A DNA stretch of 64,000 nt, from the NCBI GenBank assembly GCA_017849455.1, contig JAFIGX010000007.1:4208-68207 (forward strand). Direction: 5' to 3'. Numbering within the stretch: the first letter of the stretch is position 1; each line of letters starts with the position of its first letter. The notes beneath the pieces are model-generated. The model searched no databases, had not been told where the DNA came from, and saw nothing but the letters and a program-made list of their open reading frames with translations. This DNA is from Pseudobacter sp. Lineage in GTDB: Bacteria > Bacteroidota > Bacteroidia > Chitinophagales > Chitinophagaceae. Shown here piece after piece: positions 30,753 to 41,317 of this stretch. A program made the position numbers and the translations under genes.

Positions 30753-30980
30753 TCTGAACTGGGATTTGTGAGATGAATGGGATTGATGGGATAGGTCGTT
30801 GATCATATTGAATGCTTTTAAAATTGATCACCCGTTATTTATATATACAATAAACGGAGAGCCGACAAAAAATTGTCGGCTCTCCGTTTTCTAAAAATTG
30901 ATCATTTCATAATCGGGCAAATCTTCAACTCAACGACCTATCCCATCAATCCCATTCATCTCACAAATCCCAGTTCAGAC
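30752..30980. repeat. Perfect 51-bp inverted repeat element (gtctgaac... family) enclosing a terminator
   Basis: The left arm is 30752-30802, gtctgaactgggatttgtgagatgaatgggattgatgggataggtcgttga. It is the exact reverse complement of the right arm, 30930-30980. The spacer is 127 nt. The arms touch or overlap the stops of both convergent genes. Confidence 0.92.
30852..30889. terminator. Bidirectional rho-independent terminator between convergent genes
   Basis: aaacggagagccgaca-(6 nt loop)-tgtcggctctccgttt is a perfect 16-bp stem. It is flanked by an A-run upstream and a T-run downstream. Confidence 0.75.
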
Positions 30981-33400
30981 ATCTTACTCTCGATCTTATA
31001 TATCGCCTTGATCGTCTTGATCACTGAATCGGGCGTAACGGAAATGCTGTCGATCCCTTTCTCTACGAGGAACTGTGCAAAATCGGGAAAGTCGGAAGGG
31101 CCCTGACCGCAGATCCCTACTTTCACTTTGCAGGCTTTGGCAGTATCGATGAGCATGCTGATCATTCTTTTCACGGCTTCGTTCCTTTCATCGTATAGAT
31201 GCGCCACGAGGGCTGAATCCCTATCGAGCCCCAGGGTAAGTTGTGTAAGGTCGTTGGAACCGATGGAGAACCCGTCGATATGTTCGGCAAACTCTTTTGC
31301 CATCAGGATATTGGAAGGCAATTCTGCCATGAGATAAATCTCGAGCCCATCTTCTCCCTGTATCAGTCCGAATTCCTTCATGGTCTGTTTAACCTTGAGC
31401 AATTCGGCAACGGTCCGGCAGAAAGGGACCATCACCACCACATTGGTGAGACCCATTTCTTCGCGGACACGCCTGATGGCCTTGCACTCGAGACCGAAAG
31501 CCTGTTTGTAGGTGTCGGAATAATACCGTGATGCGCCACGCCAGCCGATCATCGGGTTCTCTTCATGCGGCTCATAATATTTACCGCCAAGCAGGTTGAA
31601 ATATTCATTGCTCTTGAAATCCGAAAAGCGAACGAGGATCTTATTCGGGTAGAATGCCGAGGCGATCTTGGCGATGCCATAAGACAGCTTCCTGATGAAG
31701 AACTCCTCTTCGTTCTGGTAGCCTTTGATAAGTGTATTGATGGAGCGGGTAAGCTCAGGATCATTCAACTGCTGGTGTTGGAGGAGGGCAAGCGGATGCA
31801 CACCTATATAATTATTGATGATGAACTCTTCGCGGGCCAGTCCGACCCCCCGGTTAGGAATATGTGAGAACCTGAATGCCAGGGCCGGTGAGGCCACGTT
31901 GAGCATGAGGGAGGTATCGATAGAAGGTAGTTCGTCGAGCGATGTTTCCGTTACTTCGAAATCCAGCTTACCATCGTAAATAAGTCCTTCGTCGCCTTCT
32001 GCGCAGGAAACGGTGATCAGTTGACCATCCTGCAGGAACTCGGTGGCGTTGCCACAGCCAACGATAGCCGGTACGCCCATCTCACGGGCAACGATGGCAG
32101 CGTGGCAGGTGCGGCCGCCTTTATTGGTGACGATGGCCGAAGCTTTCTTCATGATGGGTTCCCAGTCGGGATCGGTCATCTCAGTGACCAGCACATCACC
32201 TTCCTTGAACTCATGGCCTTCTACCACGCGTTTATCGAGTGAATACATAATGCTTACTTTTCCACTGGCGATCTTATCCCCAACGGCGATGCCTTTGAGG
32301 ATGGGTTTGCCGTCGGTGGTATGGTGTTTCATCACATATTCGGTGATGGTATTATACTCTTTGCGGGAATGGATGGTCTCCGGGCGGGCCTGCACGATAA
32401 AGAGTTCCTGGGAGAGGCCGTCCACGGCCCATTCCACGTCCATCGGGCACCATTGTTTCTTGATACCTGTATAATATTGTTCGATGAGCGCAACCCATTT
32501 AGCGAGGCGGAGGATCATATCGTCCTGCAGGCAAAAGCGGTGCTGGGCCGATTTTTCCGTTGGGATAATGCGTACGCGTTCATCGGGGTCGTCGCCATAG
32601 ACCATCTTCTGGTCTTTTACGCCGAGTTTTTTTTCGATAATGGAAGCGAACCCCTGTTGCAGGGTAGGCTTGAAAACGATGAACTCATCGGGTGAAACGC
32701 TGCCCTGCACAACCATCTCACCGAGACCATAGGAGCCATTGATCACGATCACGTCCTTAAAGCCCGATTCGGTATCGAGAGAGAAGGCAACGCCGGAACT
32801 GCCGAGGTCGGAGCGGACCATCTTCTGTACACAAACGGACAGGCCTACCTGAAAATGATCGAAATTGAAATTCTCCCGGTAGCTGATAGCGCGATCGGTA
32901 AATAGGGAGGCGAAGCAATTGCGGACCGCATCGATCAGTGCGGCAGGTCCGCGTACATTGAGATAGGTTTCCTGCTGACCGGCGAAAGAGGCATCGGGCA
33001 GGTCTTCCGCCGTGGCGGAAGAGCGGACGGCCACGTCGGTGATCTCCTGGTCGTACTGTTGGGAGAGCTTGTAATACGCATCGATGATCTCTGCGCTCAG
33101 TGCGGGCGGGAATTTGGAATTCCTGACGAGGTTCCTCACGGCGAGGCCTGCTCGCCGGAGTGATTCTACATTGTTGTAATCGATCTCTTTGACCAGTTTT
33201 CGGATAGTGTCCTGAAGGCTGTTGAATTCGATGAACTGGTTATAGGCGTTCACGGTGATCACGAAACCGGCGGGAATATTGACGCCTAGTTTGGTGAGGT
33301 GCTGAAGCATTTCGCCGAGTGAAGCATTTTTTCCGCCGACCAACTCGATATCGTTGATGCCGACTTCATGCAGGAGGAGAATACTGCTGGTTGTTTTCAT
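30956..33400 (-). CDS. ppsA: Phosphoenolpyruvate synthase (pyruvate, water dikinase)
   Basis: The N-terminal motif is VGGKNASLGEM. The phosphohistidine region is TNKGGRTCHAAIVAREMGVPAIVG. There is a C-terminal PEP-utilizing TIM-barrel domain (SIGSNDLTQL). The start is at MKTTSSILLL (33400). Confidence 0.93.
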   Translation of the reverse strand: MKTTSSILLLHEVGINDIELVGGKNASLGEMLQHLTKLGVNIPAGFVITVNAYNQFIEFNSLQDTIRKLVKEIDYNNVESLRRAGLAVRNLVRNSKFPPALSAEIIDAYYKLSQQYDQEITDVAVRSSATAEDLPDASFAGQQETYLNVRGPAALIDAVRNCFASLFTDRAISYRENFNFDHFQVGLSVCVQKMVRSDLGSSGVAFSLDTESGFKDVIVINGSYGLGEMVVQGSVSPDEFIVFKPTLQQGFASIIEKKLGVKDQKMVYGDDPDERVRIIPTEKSAQHRFCLQDDMILRLAKWVALIEQYYTGIKKQWCPMDVEWAVDGLSQELFIVQARPETIHSRKEYNTITEYVMKHHTTDGKPILKGIAVGDKIASGKVSIMYSLDKRVVEGHEFKEGDVLVTEMTDPDWEPIMKKASAIVTNKGGRTCHAAIVAREMGVPAIVGCGNATEFLQDGQLITVSCAEGDEGLIYDGKLDFEVTETSLDELPSIDTSLMLNVASPALAFRFSHIPNRGVGLAREEFIINNYIGVHPLALLQHQQLNDPELTRSINTLIKGYQNEEEFFIRKLSYGIAKIASAFYPNKILVRFSDFKSNEYFNLLGGKYYEPHEENPMIGWRGASRYYSDTYKQAFGLECKAIRRVREEMGLTNVVVMVPFCRTVAELLKVKQTMKEFGLIQGEDGLEIYLMAELPSNILMAKEFAEHIDGFSIGSNDLTQLTLGLDRDSALVAHLYDERNEAVKRMISMLIDTAKACKVKVGICGQGPSDFPDFAQFLVEKGIDSISVTPDSVIKTIKAIYKIESKMSELGFVR

Positions 33401-33942
33401 CTGTAAAAAAGTTTCCTGGTGACGAGAACTGTTTGGCATCCCAAAAATAGATACTAACAGTTGTAAGTCAATATATTCCATAAAATATTTTTACAATGCG
33501 TTACATCCACACATTCCGCAAATTAATTGTGTATTTTTTACATTTACTCTTGTGGAAGGGAGTATATAATGGAGTGACTGCAGAATAAAATCTTCTTGAA
33601 ATGGTAATACCGGTTTCTTGGATCGGCCGGGCCTGGATTTTAATTTCGCTTCCATAAAAATCCGGTGGGTTTAGCGGGCCGTAGATGAAATATGGAGAGT
33701 AAACTGTACATTTGGACATCTCCTGATGAATTACCTTACCTGGTGCTGTTAAGCTTCTACTGTGGTGTGCACGATCTGTGCAAAACTTGGTGAGACCTTA
33801 TCCCGCAATTGTTGTAGTTTTTGATCGGTGATGCCGATGCCGGAAAATACTGCCTGTTGTTGCATGCGCTGCGCAACGGGTAATTGATATTTATGATGGA
33901 TTGAAATATCTTAATTCGTAACATTCCAAATGTATTGGCCTG

Positions 33943-34533
33943 ATGAAAAATTTGAGTAGCGATGTGATCACTCAATTCAATATGGGAAGTACCCAGGCTT
34001 TCTCAAAAATCTACAACTACTATCACAGGCAGTTGTTCTTTTTTGCCAGGCGCCTGATCACCGATACGCAGGAAGCCGAAGATATCGTGGCGGAATGTTT
34101 CATTAAAGTATGGAACAAGCGGGGCGATTTTCAGACCCTGCAAAACGTAAAGGCTTTTTTATTCATCGCAACCCGCAATGCCTGCTTCAACTTCTTAAAG
34201 GCTTCGCAAAGCCAGCATTCATCTCATAAAGAGCTGTTTTATTTGTCCGACGGGATCGATGAATCGGCAGTATTCCAGCAGGAGATCACAGCAGAACTGC
34301 TTCAGCTTCTGTATTCCGATATCGAGAACCTACCCCCCAAGCGAAGGAAGATCGTGGAAATGATCCTGCAAGGACTTACGGATTCACAGATCGCAGAGCA
34401 ATTGAACATTACTGCGAAAACGGTCCGCAACCAGCGGGCAAATGCCATTCAATTATTGAGAGAAGCCTTCCTGAACAGGGCGACCTATTTCCTGCTGATG
34501 ATCGTGGCGTTGATCAATTTTTTCAGACAGTAA
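33943..34533 (+). CDS. ECF-type RNA polymerase sigma-70 family factor
   Basis: Region 2 (EDIVAECFIKVWNKR) and region 4 HTH (LTDSQIAEQLNITAKTVRNQ). A FecR-like gene lies downstream. Confidence 0.88.
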   Translation: MKNLSSDVITQFNMGSTQAFSKIYNYYHRQLFFFARRLITDTQEAEDIVAECFIKVWNKRGDFQTLQNVKAFLFIATRNACFNFLKASQSQHSSHKELFYLSDGIDESAVFQQEITAELLQLLYSDIENLPPKRRKIVEMILQGLTDSQIAEQLNITAKTVRNQRANAIQLLREAFLNRATYFLLMIVALINFFRQ

Positions 34534-34794
34534 CGGTAAACCGGCTGTCGCCACCCACTTATTATCATTTCAAACCATCAATCCTTCCTGGAATTCATTG
34601 GGCACGTCGAAAATTTATTGACCGCCGACATCTTTTTTTTAAACCACTCTTCAATTGTTACGGGAACATTACTTTTTTTTTATTAATCAATTAATTCACC
34701 CGCCCTGTAAAAAATCCTTAAAAATTCTTTGGGCCGATTCATAGCATTTGTTGTTTCTATAGAAATGACAGGTGATAAATAGGATTTTTGAAAC

Positions 34795-36063
34795 ATGGCA
34801 AAAAGTTTAATCAGCATGCCGGACAAAGCACAAAGAATATCATACCTCATCTACGTTTATCTCAACAATTCCATCACACCCGAAGAAAAGATGGAATTGG
34901 ATGCCTTCATCGACAGTTCACCTGCCAACGCTGCTTACTTCTCTGAAATCACAAATAAGAATAATATCGAAACACTGCTGGCGGAATACGGCCAGCCCGA
35001 CAGGTCGCGGATCTGGCAACTGATCACAGAGCAGGCGCCTGAACTGCGGAGGGTCCCTTTATACCGCCAAACCTGGTGGCGCTATACGGCCGCCGCCGTG
35101 GTAGTGCTGGCGCTCGGCACCTGGTTATTATACAGCCAGCTCTCCGGTAAGCCAGGCAGGAATGTTCCAGCACAGCTTACCCTTCAAAATGATATTGCTC
35201 CCGGCGGAGATAAGGCCACGCTCACCCTGGCCAATGGAAAGACCATCGTTCTGGACAATGCCGCCAACGGCACACTTGTACAGGAAGGTAATGTCAATAT
35301 CTCCAAACTCGATAACAATCAACTAACTTATACCCTCTCCTCTCCTTCTTCTCCTTCTATCCTTAGCTATAATATCATCACCACTCCCCGTGGTGGTCAA
35401 TATCAACTTGTTTTGCCCGACGGTAGTAAGGTATGGCTGAATGCCGGCTCTTCGCTCCGGTTCCCCACCTCATTTTCCTCACAGGGAAGGGTAGTCGAAT
35501 TGAGCGGTGAAGCCTACTTCGAGATCGCTTCCGTTTATCAACCGGCATTACCGGGCGGCGAGCGGCACAAATTGCCGTTCAGGGTTTCTGTCAACCTGCC
35601 CGGCAACGGACCTGCGGACGCCATCGAAGTACTGGGCACCCACTTCAATATAATGGCCTATAAAAAAGAAGAAGTCCGCACCACATTAACGGAAGGCAGC
35701 GTAAAACTGCTGGGAGGTGATGGGCAGTCGGCCAGGCTAAAGCCCGGTCAGCAGGGCTTGTTCCCTGCAGCCGGTACAGCGAACGGGAAGATCACCATCA
35801 ATGATGATGTGGATATAGAAGAAGTACTGGCCTGGAAGAACGGGCTCTTCAATTTCAACAATGCAAGCCTGCATACCATCATGGAGCAGATATCCCGCTG
35901 GTACGATGTGGACGTAGTATTTGAAACGGATGTCGATAATCATTACAGCTTCGAGCTACCGAGAAACCTGCCCGTCTCCAAGATCCTGCAGGTCCTCGAG
36001 CTCACCAAAAGCGTTCATTTCAGGATCGACGGCAAAAAGATCACAGTAGTGCGTGCCAGTTGA
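34795..36063 (+). CDS. FecR-family anti-sigma factor / transmembrane sensor
   Basis: Single central TM (WWRYTAAAVVVLALGTWLLY). FecR domain (VWLNAGSSLRFP...GEAYFEI...VLGTHFNI). C-terminal DUF4974-like tail. Confidence 0.85.
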   Translation: MAKSLISMPDKAQRISYLIYVYLNNSITPEEKMELDAFIDSSPANAAYFSEITNKNNIETLLAEYGQPDRSRIWQLITEQAPELRRVPLYRQTWWRYTAAAVVVLALGTWLLYSQLSGKPGRNVPAQLTLQNDIAPGGDKATLTLANGKTIVLDNAANGTLVQEGNVNISKLDNNQLTYTLSSPSSPSILSYNIITTPRGGQYQLVLPDGSKVWLNAGSSLRFPTSFSSQGRVVELSGEAYFEIASVYQPALPGGERHKLPFRVSVNLPGNGPADAIEVLGTHFNIMAYKKEEVRTTLTEGSVKLLGGDGQSARLKPGQQGLFPAAGTANGKITINDDVDIEEVLAWKNGLFNFNNASLHTIMEQISRWYDVDVVFETDVDNHYSFELPRNLPVSKILQVLELTKSVHFRIDGKKITVVRAS

Positions 36064-36426
36064 CGCACTACTCCCGAAATAATATTCAGATAAGAGAAGT
36101 CTTATTCCTATGACAGACCAGGTTTCTGGTTAAAAAGAGCTCTGAATCCCGCGCTACTATTGCATCTCTTGACCAACGATGCCATTAAGACCCGCTATCC
36201 TTTTCAAAAGGGGCTTCGCGATAACTCTTGTTATGCCATTGAGCCATTAAATCTACCTATGCGATGCCATATCCGGGTATTCTGCCCGGCCTATGGCTAT
36301 TACATCGGCAAGAACATCATCTGAAAAACTGTTGGGTATTCGTTTGTACTAAGACGTAACCCAACAATTATTTAACCCTCCGGGATTCAACATGATTTTC
36401 AATTTCCCGGATCAACCTTGACTTTT

Positions 36427-39400
36427 ATGCAATTCAATGCTTTTTGCGAAGGCATGCGTGCCTTGCCGCAACAGCCAGCTCATGCCATGACACGAAAACA
36501 ATCTGGGTGTATTCGTTCCAGCACCCGGGCCCTTTCCCGGCTCCTGTTTTCAGTTCTGCTCATGATGGTGGCATTCTCTCCGGTCAGCGCGGAAACGCCT
36601 GAACCCAGGATCACACTCTCGAAAAAGAATTCCACTTTACAGGAAGTGTTCAAAGATATACAAAAGCAAACCAGCTATGCTTTTGTATATAACACGGAAA
36701 TGATGCAGCAAACAAAGCGTGTGACCATCAACGTGAAAGATGCCAGCCTGGAGGCTGTCCTTTCCCTTTGTTTCCGGGACCAGCCGCTTACTTACAGTAT
36801 AGTCGATAAAATCATTGTGGTGCAGAAAAAGGAAAAGGTGGTAGAAACGCCGGAAAGGGATACGGCGCAGTCGCCGGATTTTCCCTCGCTGATGAATGTG
36901 AAAGGAAAGGTGACCGATGAAAAGCTGAATCCCGTAGCAAAAGCAACGGTACTCGTTAAAGGCACCCGAAAGATGACAGCTACAGATAATAACGGTGAAT
37001 TCACCATTGATGAAGTAGCAGCCAATTCTGTATTGGTATTCACCTGTGTTGGGTTTACCCCTAAAGAAATCCCCATCAGGGGAAATCCTAATATTAGTGC
37101 CCAACTGAAAGTGGCTGTTGGGAATTTGGATGAGACGGTAGTTGTGGCATATAATACTACTACCAGCAGGGCAAATACTGCAGCTGTGACGGTGGTGAAA
37201 GGCGATCAAATAGCTAATCTGCCGAACAGGAGTTTCGATAAGAGCTTGCAAGGCCTGGTCCCAGGTTTACTGGTAACGAGTGGTACCGGTCAGCCGGGGG
37301 GTGGAGTTGCCAATTTTGTAATGAGGGGTATCGCTACAGCCAGCGATGTAGTATACAATAGCACCATTAGAAACCCACTTATTGTAATTGATGGGGTTCC
37401 CGTAACACAGGAAGGTTATCAGTGGGCAAGTTCGCTGGAAGAAACACCGGTAATTAATCCTATTGCCCAATTGAATCCTTCAGATATTGAAACCATCTCA
37501 ATCCTGAAAGACGCTGCTGCCATTGCGTTATATGGGTCCAAAGCAAGCAACGGAGTAATACTGGTCACTACCAAAAAAGGCAAAGCAGGAAAAACCGTAA
37601 TTGGCTTCCGGCATCAGACAGACATTGCACAAAGGCTTCCGGGAAAACTGAAACTGGCTAACCAGGATGAATACCTGGAACTTTTATATGAGACCTTCCG
37701 AAATTCTGGTTTCGGAAACCGCGACTCTCTCCGCTCCGAGCTATATAAGCAATTTCCTGTCCGTATACATAATGGAGATACCAGCTTTTATCCAGCGACC
37801 AACTGGGAAGACGAAATTTATACCAACAGGGCCTTTACAGTCTCAAACGAGCTCTCCATTTCCGGAGGAAATGAAAAGACCCTTTTTTACATGAACCTGG
37901 AGTATACGAAGCAGAACGGAGTGGTAAAGAAAACAGGATTTGACCGAAAATCCTTGCGTTTCAATCTTGATAACCGGCCTACAAGTTGGCTAAAATTAGG
38001 ACTTAATTCCACATTATCCTATAGTATCCAGGATTATGCTTCCCTCGTTGGTGGTGACCTCCCTTATGGGGTAGCGTCATTAACCAGTCCGTTAAATCCT
38101 GTCCGCCTTGAAGACGGAAATTATCTGTGGAATTTCACAACTCCTTTTTTTGCTGCAAATCCGGCCGCACAATTAGAATTCAATAAGAACCGGAATACCA
38201 GCTACCGGGGTTTGACCAAGGCTTCCGCAGAGGTCAGTTTTTTGAAATCGTTCAAACTCACGACATCACTGGGTGCAGATTTCATGTATTTGGAAACAAA
38301 AGAAAAATCTGATCTTCGCCTGTACGATAGCTATACCACTTCTGTAGGGTCAGGAAGGATCCAGGAAAGGAACTCACGTTATGCCAATCTCATTACTACG
38401 AATACATTGGCCTATGATAAGACATTCTCATACGACCATAATATTAATGTATTGCTGGGCCAGGAAGCCCAGATATTGACGACCAGATTTCTGGAAGTAA
38501 TAGGTACAGGTTTCAAAATCCCCACCAATGACGATATCTCGAATGCTGCTCAAAAAACGTCCTCCGGTTTAAGCACCAAGCAAACCCTGATTTCCTATTT
38601 TGGCCAGTTGAATTATGCGTTCAAGAACAAATATTTCCTCTCCTCCAGTATAAGAAAGGATGGGTCGTCACTATTTGGAGAAAGGAATAGATTTGGCAGC
38701 TACTGGTCATTGGGTGGGGGATGGATCGCCTCGTCAGAATCTTTCATGAACGGTACCTCTTCCTGGCTCGATTATCTAAAATTCAGGGGAAGTTTAGGTG
38801 TTGCCGGCAACTCTTTTGTGATCGACCGTTATACGCGGTATGATCTTTTGCAAGTATCCAGGTACCTCGGCAATTTGGCTGTGTACAACGGAAGGCTGGG
38901 CAACCCGAATATCAGGTGGGAAAAAACTTTCAACTGGGATGTCGGTGTTGAGGCCAGATTCTGGAAGCAACGAATATCGTTCACTGCAGACATTTACAAG
39001 AGAAAAACATCGGATGTGATCTTTGATATTAATTTGCCTTATACATCTGGGTTCACAAGAGTAAAAGATAATATTGGAGACATTGAGAACAGAGGGATTG
39101 AATTGTCCCTTTCAATAGACATAATTAAGAACAGGGATTTTCGTTGGAACCTTAATGCCAACTGGAGCACCAATAAGAATATTTTAGTAAAAGCAAATAT
39201 TCCTGAATTCTCTTCCGTTGATAATTTGCAAAACAGGGTAGGAAAAAACTTCAATTCTTTTTATCTGGTTCCATGGGCCGGGGTCAATCCTGACAATGGC
39301 AATCCACAGTATTTGGATTCTGCCGGTAAAATCACTTCTGATTTCCCGGTGGGCAAACAAAATGAAAGATATTTCGGCAAACCACAGCCAGATGGATTTG

Positions 39401-39858
39401 GTGCAGTTATCAACAGTTTTAACTTCAAGAATATCCAGCTTACTGCTACCTTCTATTACCAGTATGGATTCCAGGTCAATACGTCAATGATGGTCAATGA
39501 TGGAGCGAATCCATTAATGAACCAGGACAAAAGCGCACTTGACCGCTGGCAAAAACCAGGAGATATTGCCACCAATCCTAAACGATTCATATACAATTAC
39601 ACCTCAAACGGATCGCGATATATTTATAATGGCGATTTTATACGCCTGCAGGACCTTTCTGTTAGCTATGATCTTCCCAAAAAAATCGTAAACCGGCTGG
39701 GGTTGACTACACTGAAAGTATACGCGAAGGCATATAACCTGGCGATCTGGACCCACTATCCAGGCTCAGACGTTGCCAATACCAATGTTCATGGTACAAA
39801 CGGCTTTTCTTATCCAAATCAGAAATCATATTCATTAGGGTTCAATCTCAATTTCTAA
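36427..39858 (+). CDS. SusC/RagA-family TonB-dependent transporter with N-terminal STN signalling domain (transducer type)
   Basis: The STN-like segment is LQEVFKDIQKQTSYAFVYN...ASLEAVLSLCF. A CarboxypepD_reg-like region (VKGKVTDEKLNPVAKATVLVKG), a plug and a barrel follow, ending ...SLGFNLNF. The start is uncertain: TTG at 36418, ATG at 36427 or ATG at 36487. Confidence 0.9.
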   Translation: MQFNAFCEGMRALPQQPAHAMTRKQSGCIRSSTRALSRLLFSVLLMMVAFSPVSAETPEPRITLSKKNSTLQEVFKDIQKQTSYAFVYNTEMMQQTKRVTINVKDASLEAVLSLCFRDQPLTYSIVDKIIVVQKKEKVVETPERDTAQSPDFPSLMNVKGKVTDEKLNPVAKATVLVKGTRKMTATDNNGEFTIDEVAANSVLVFTCVGFTPKEIPIRGNPNISAQLKVAVGNLDETVVVAYNTTTSRANTAAVTVVKGDQIANLPNRSFDKSLQGLVPGLLVTSGTGQPGGGVANFVMRGIATASDVVYNSTIRNPLIVIDGVPVTQEGYQWASSLEETPVINPIAQLNPSDIETISILKDAAAIALYGSKASNGVILVTTKKGKAGKTVIGFRHQTDIAQRLPGKLKLANQDEYLELLYETFRNSGFGNRDSLRSELYKQFPVRIHNGDTSFYPATNWEDEIYTNRAFTVSNELSISGGNEKTLFYMNLEYTKQNGVVKKTGFDRKSLRFNLDNRPTSWLKLGLNSTLSYSIQDYASLVGGDLPYGVASLTSPLNPVRLEDGNYLWNFTTPFFAANPAAQLEFNKNRNTSYRGLTKASAEVSFLKSFKLTTSLGADFMYLETKEKSDLRLYDSYTTSVGSGRIQERNSRYANLITTNTLAYDKTFSYDHNINVLLGQEAQILTTRFLEVIGTGFKIPTNDDISNAAQKTSSGLSTKQTLISYFGQLNYAFKNKYFLSSSIRKDGSSLFGERNRFGSYWSLGGGWIASSESFMNGTSSWLDYLKFRGSLGVAGNSFVIDRYTRYDLLQVSRYLGNLAVYNGRLGNPNIRWEKTFNWDVGVEARFWKQRISFTADIYKRKTSDVIFDINLPYTSGFTRVKDNIGDIENRGIELSLSIDIIKNRDFRWNLNANWSTNKNILVKANIPEFSSVDNLQNRVGKNFNSFYLVPWAGVNPDNGNPQYLDSAGKITSDFPVGKQNERYFGKPQPDGFGAVINSFNFKNIQLTATFYYQYGFQVNTSMMVNDGANPLMNQDKSALDRWQKPGDIATNPKRFIYNYTSNGSRYIYNGDFIRLQDLSVSYDLPKKIVNRLGLTTLKVYAKAYNLAIWTHYPGSDVANTNVHGTNGFSYPNQKSYSLGFNLNF

Positions 39859-39877
39859 TCTTTTCAAGCGAATCACT

Positions 39878-41302
39878 ATGAAGCGCAATCAATATCTATT
39901 AGCCAGTATTCTGACACTATTTATCAATATTTCCTGCAAAAAAGATTTCCTTGATGTTGTTGATCCTAATACTGCCACAAAGCAGGGATATATAGTCGAT
40001 CTCAAAGCAACAGGAGAATATTTAAATGGCATATATATTACAATAGCAACTCAATTATATTCTCAGAACGGCATAACCATCTATCCTGATATTATTGCTG
40101 ATAATATTAAATTGGTAAACGCAAGTGCACAATATTTTGCTCAGCCATACTATTGGTTGCAGGTTACATCAACGACGGCGACTGGTTCAAAGAATGCAAA
40201 TGTGATCTGGTTGAATGGTTACCAGATCATCCGATCCTGTAATCTTGTTATAGAGAAAGCGGAACAATACAAAAGTCAAAATGTGGAGCAGGCAAATGAT
40301 ATGAAAGCCCAGGCATTAGCTATTAGATCTTTGATCAATTTCCTGTTGGTAAATACATTCGCTCAGCCTTATCGGTTTACAGCAGACGGGGCTCATCCAG
40401 GCATCCCATATATAGTCAGTTCGGATTGGACGGTGCCTCTCAAAGGAAGACAGACCGTTGCAGAAGTTTATGCTCATCTTGTCTCGGACCTGAAGGACGC
40501 TCTACCAATGTTCTCTTCCTCCAGGAATAGTTTATACATGAACCAAAATGCCGCAAAGGCATTACTGGCAAGAGTTTATCTATTTAAAGAAGATTATTCC
40601 AATGCAAGAATTCTGGCAAATGAAGTTTGCCAGAAAGTTCCACTCATGGGAGGAGGTGCAGGTGGCTATCCTTCCAAACTGTTTACTCCCAATGAAACGG
40701 AAGCATTATTTCAATTGCCGCCCAGTAAAACAGATTATTCTACTCAATTTATCGCAGCAAATTTTTCGCCCACTTACTACGTACAGTTCCTTCCCACCTT
40801 GGATATTACGGGGATTCTACAGGAAAACCCTTCCGATAAAAGAAATGCGTGGATTACAAATACCGGCGGAAAATGGTATATCAGTAAATTCCCTTCAGGG
40901 GTGGTGCCCGGTGTCACACCTGCAGCGGGTTCTTATTATCAAACCATCTTGAGATCATCAGAAATGTATCTCACAGCCGCAGAGTCGTATGCAAAATTAA
41001 GTATTGAGGACAGTGCCAGGATCTATTTGGATGCTATTCGGTTAAGAGCTGTTCCTGATGCAGTGCCCTCTACTGCAACAGGGACTGCATTATTAGATTC
41101 AATTTATAAAGAGCGACGAAAAGAACTGGCATTTGAGGGAATAAGAATGTTCGACTTGCTTAGATGGGGAAAAGGGGTTGATAGAACAGACGCCTGGGTC
41201 CCAACGGCCAGGAACCTCCCTTTTCCTAGTCAAAAGGCAATTGCCCCTATACCACAGAACGATATTGAAGCATCAGGCCTCACTCAAAATCCCGGGTATT
41301 AA
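39878..41302 (+). CDS. SusD/RagB-family outer-membrane lipoprotein
   Basis: Lipobox LFINISCKK. C-terminal ...ERRKELAFEGIRMFDLLRWGK. Follows the SusC-like gene by 19 nt. Confidence 0.9.
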   Translation: MKRNQYLLASILTLFINISCKKDFLDVVDPNTATKQGYIVDLKATGEYLNGIYITIATQLYSQNGITIYPDIIADNIKLVNASAQYFAQPYYWLQVTSTTATGSKNANVIWLNGYQIIRSCNLVIEKAEQYKSQNVEQANDMKAQALAIRSLINFLLVNTFAQPYRFTADGAHPGIPYIVSSDWTVPLKGRQTVAEVYAHLVSDLKDALPMFSSSRNSLYMNQNAAKALLARVYLFKEDYSNARILANEVCQKVPLMGGGAGGYPSKLFTPNETEALFQLPPSKTDYSTQFIAANFSPTYYVQFLPTLDITGILQENPSDKRNAWITNTGGKWYISKFPSGVVPGVTPAAGSYYQTILRSSEMYLTAAESYAKLSIEDSARIYLDAIRLRAVPDAVPSTATGTALLDSIYKERRKELAFEGIRMFDLLRWGKGVDRTDAWVPTARNLPFPSQKAIAPIPQNDIEASGLTQNPGY

Positions 41303-41317
41303 CAAAAAAACATAAAT

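Noticed and set aside
33482-33942. 72-aa - strand ORFs at 33501-33719 and 33757-33975 in the ppsA / sigma-factor divergent region
   Set aside because: There are no motifs and the composition is odd. One overlaps the sigma-factor start. They are likely non-coding promoter DNA.
34534-34794. Unusually long (260 nt) T-tract-rich spacer between the ECF sigma and FecR genes, considered as a regulatory RNA
   Set aside because: No conserved motif or stable hairpin is recognisable. It is most simply an AT-rich intergenic region.
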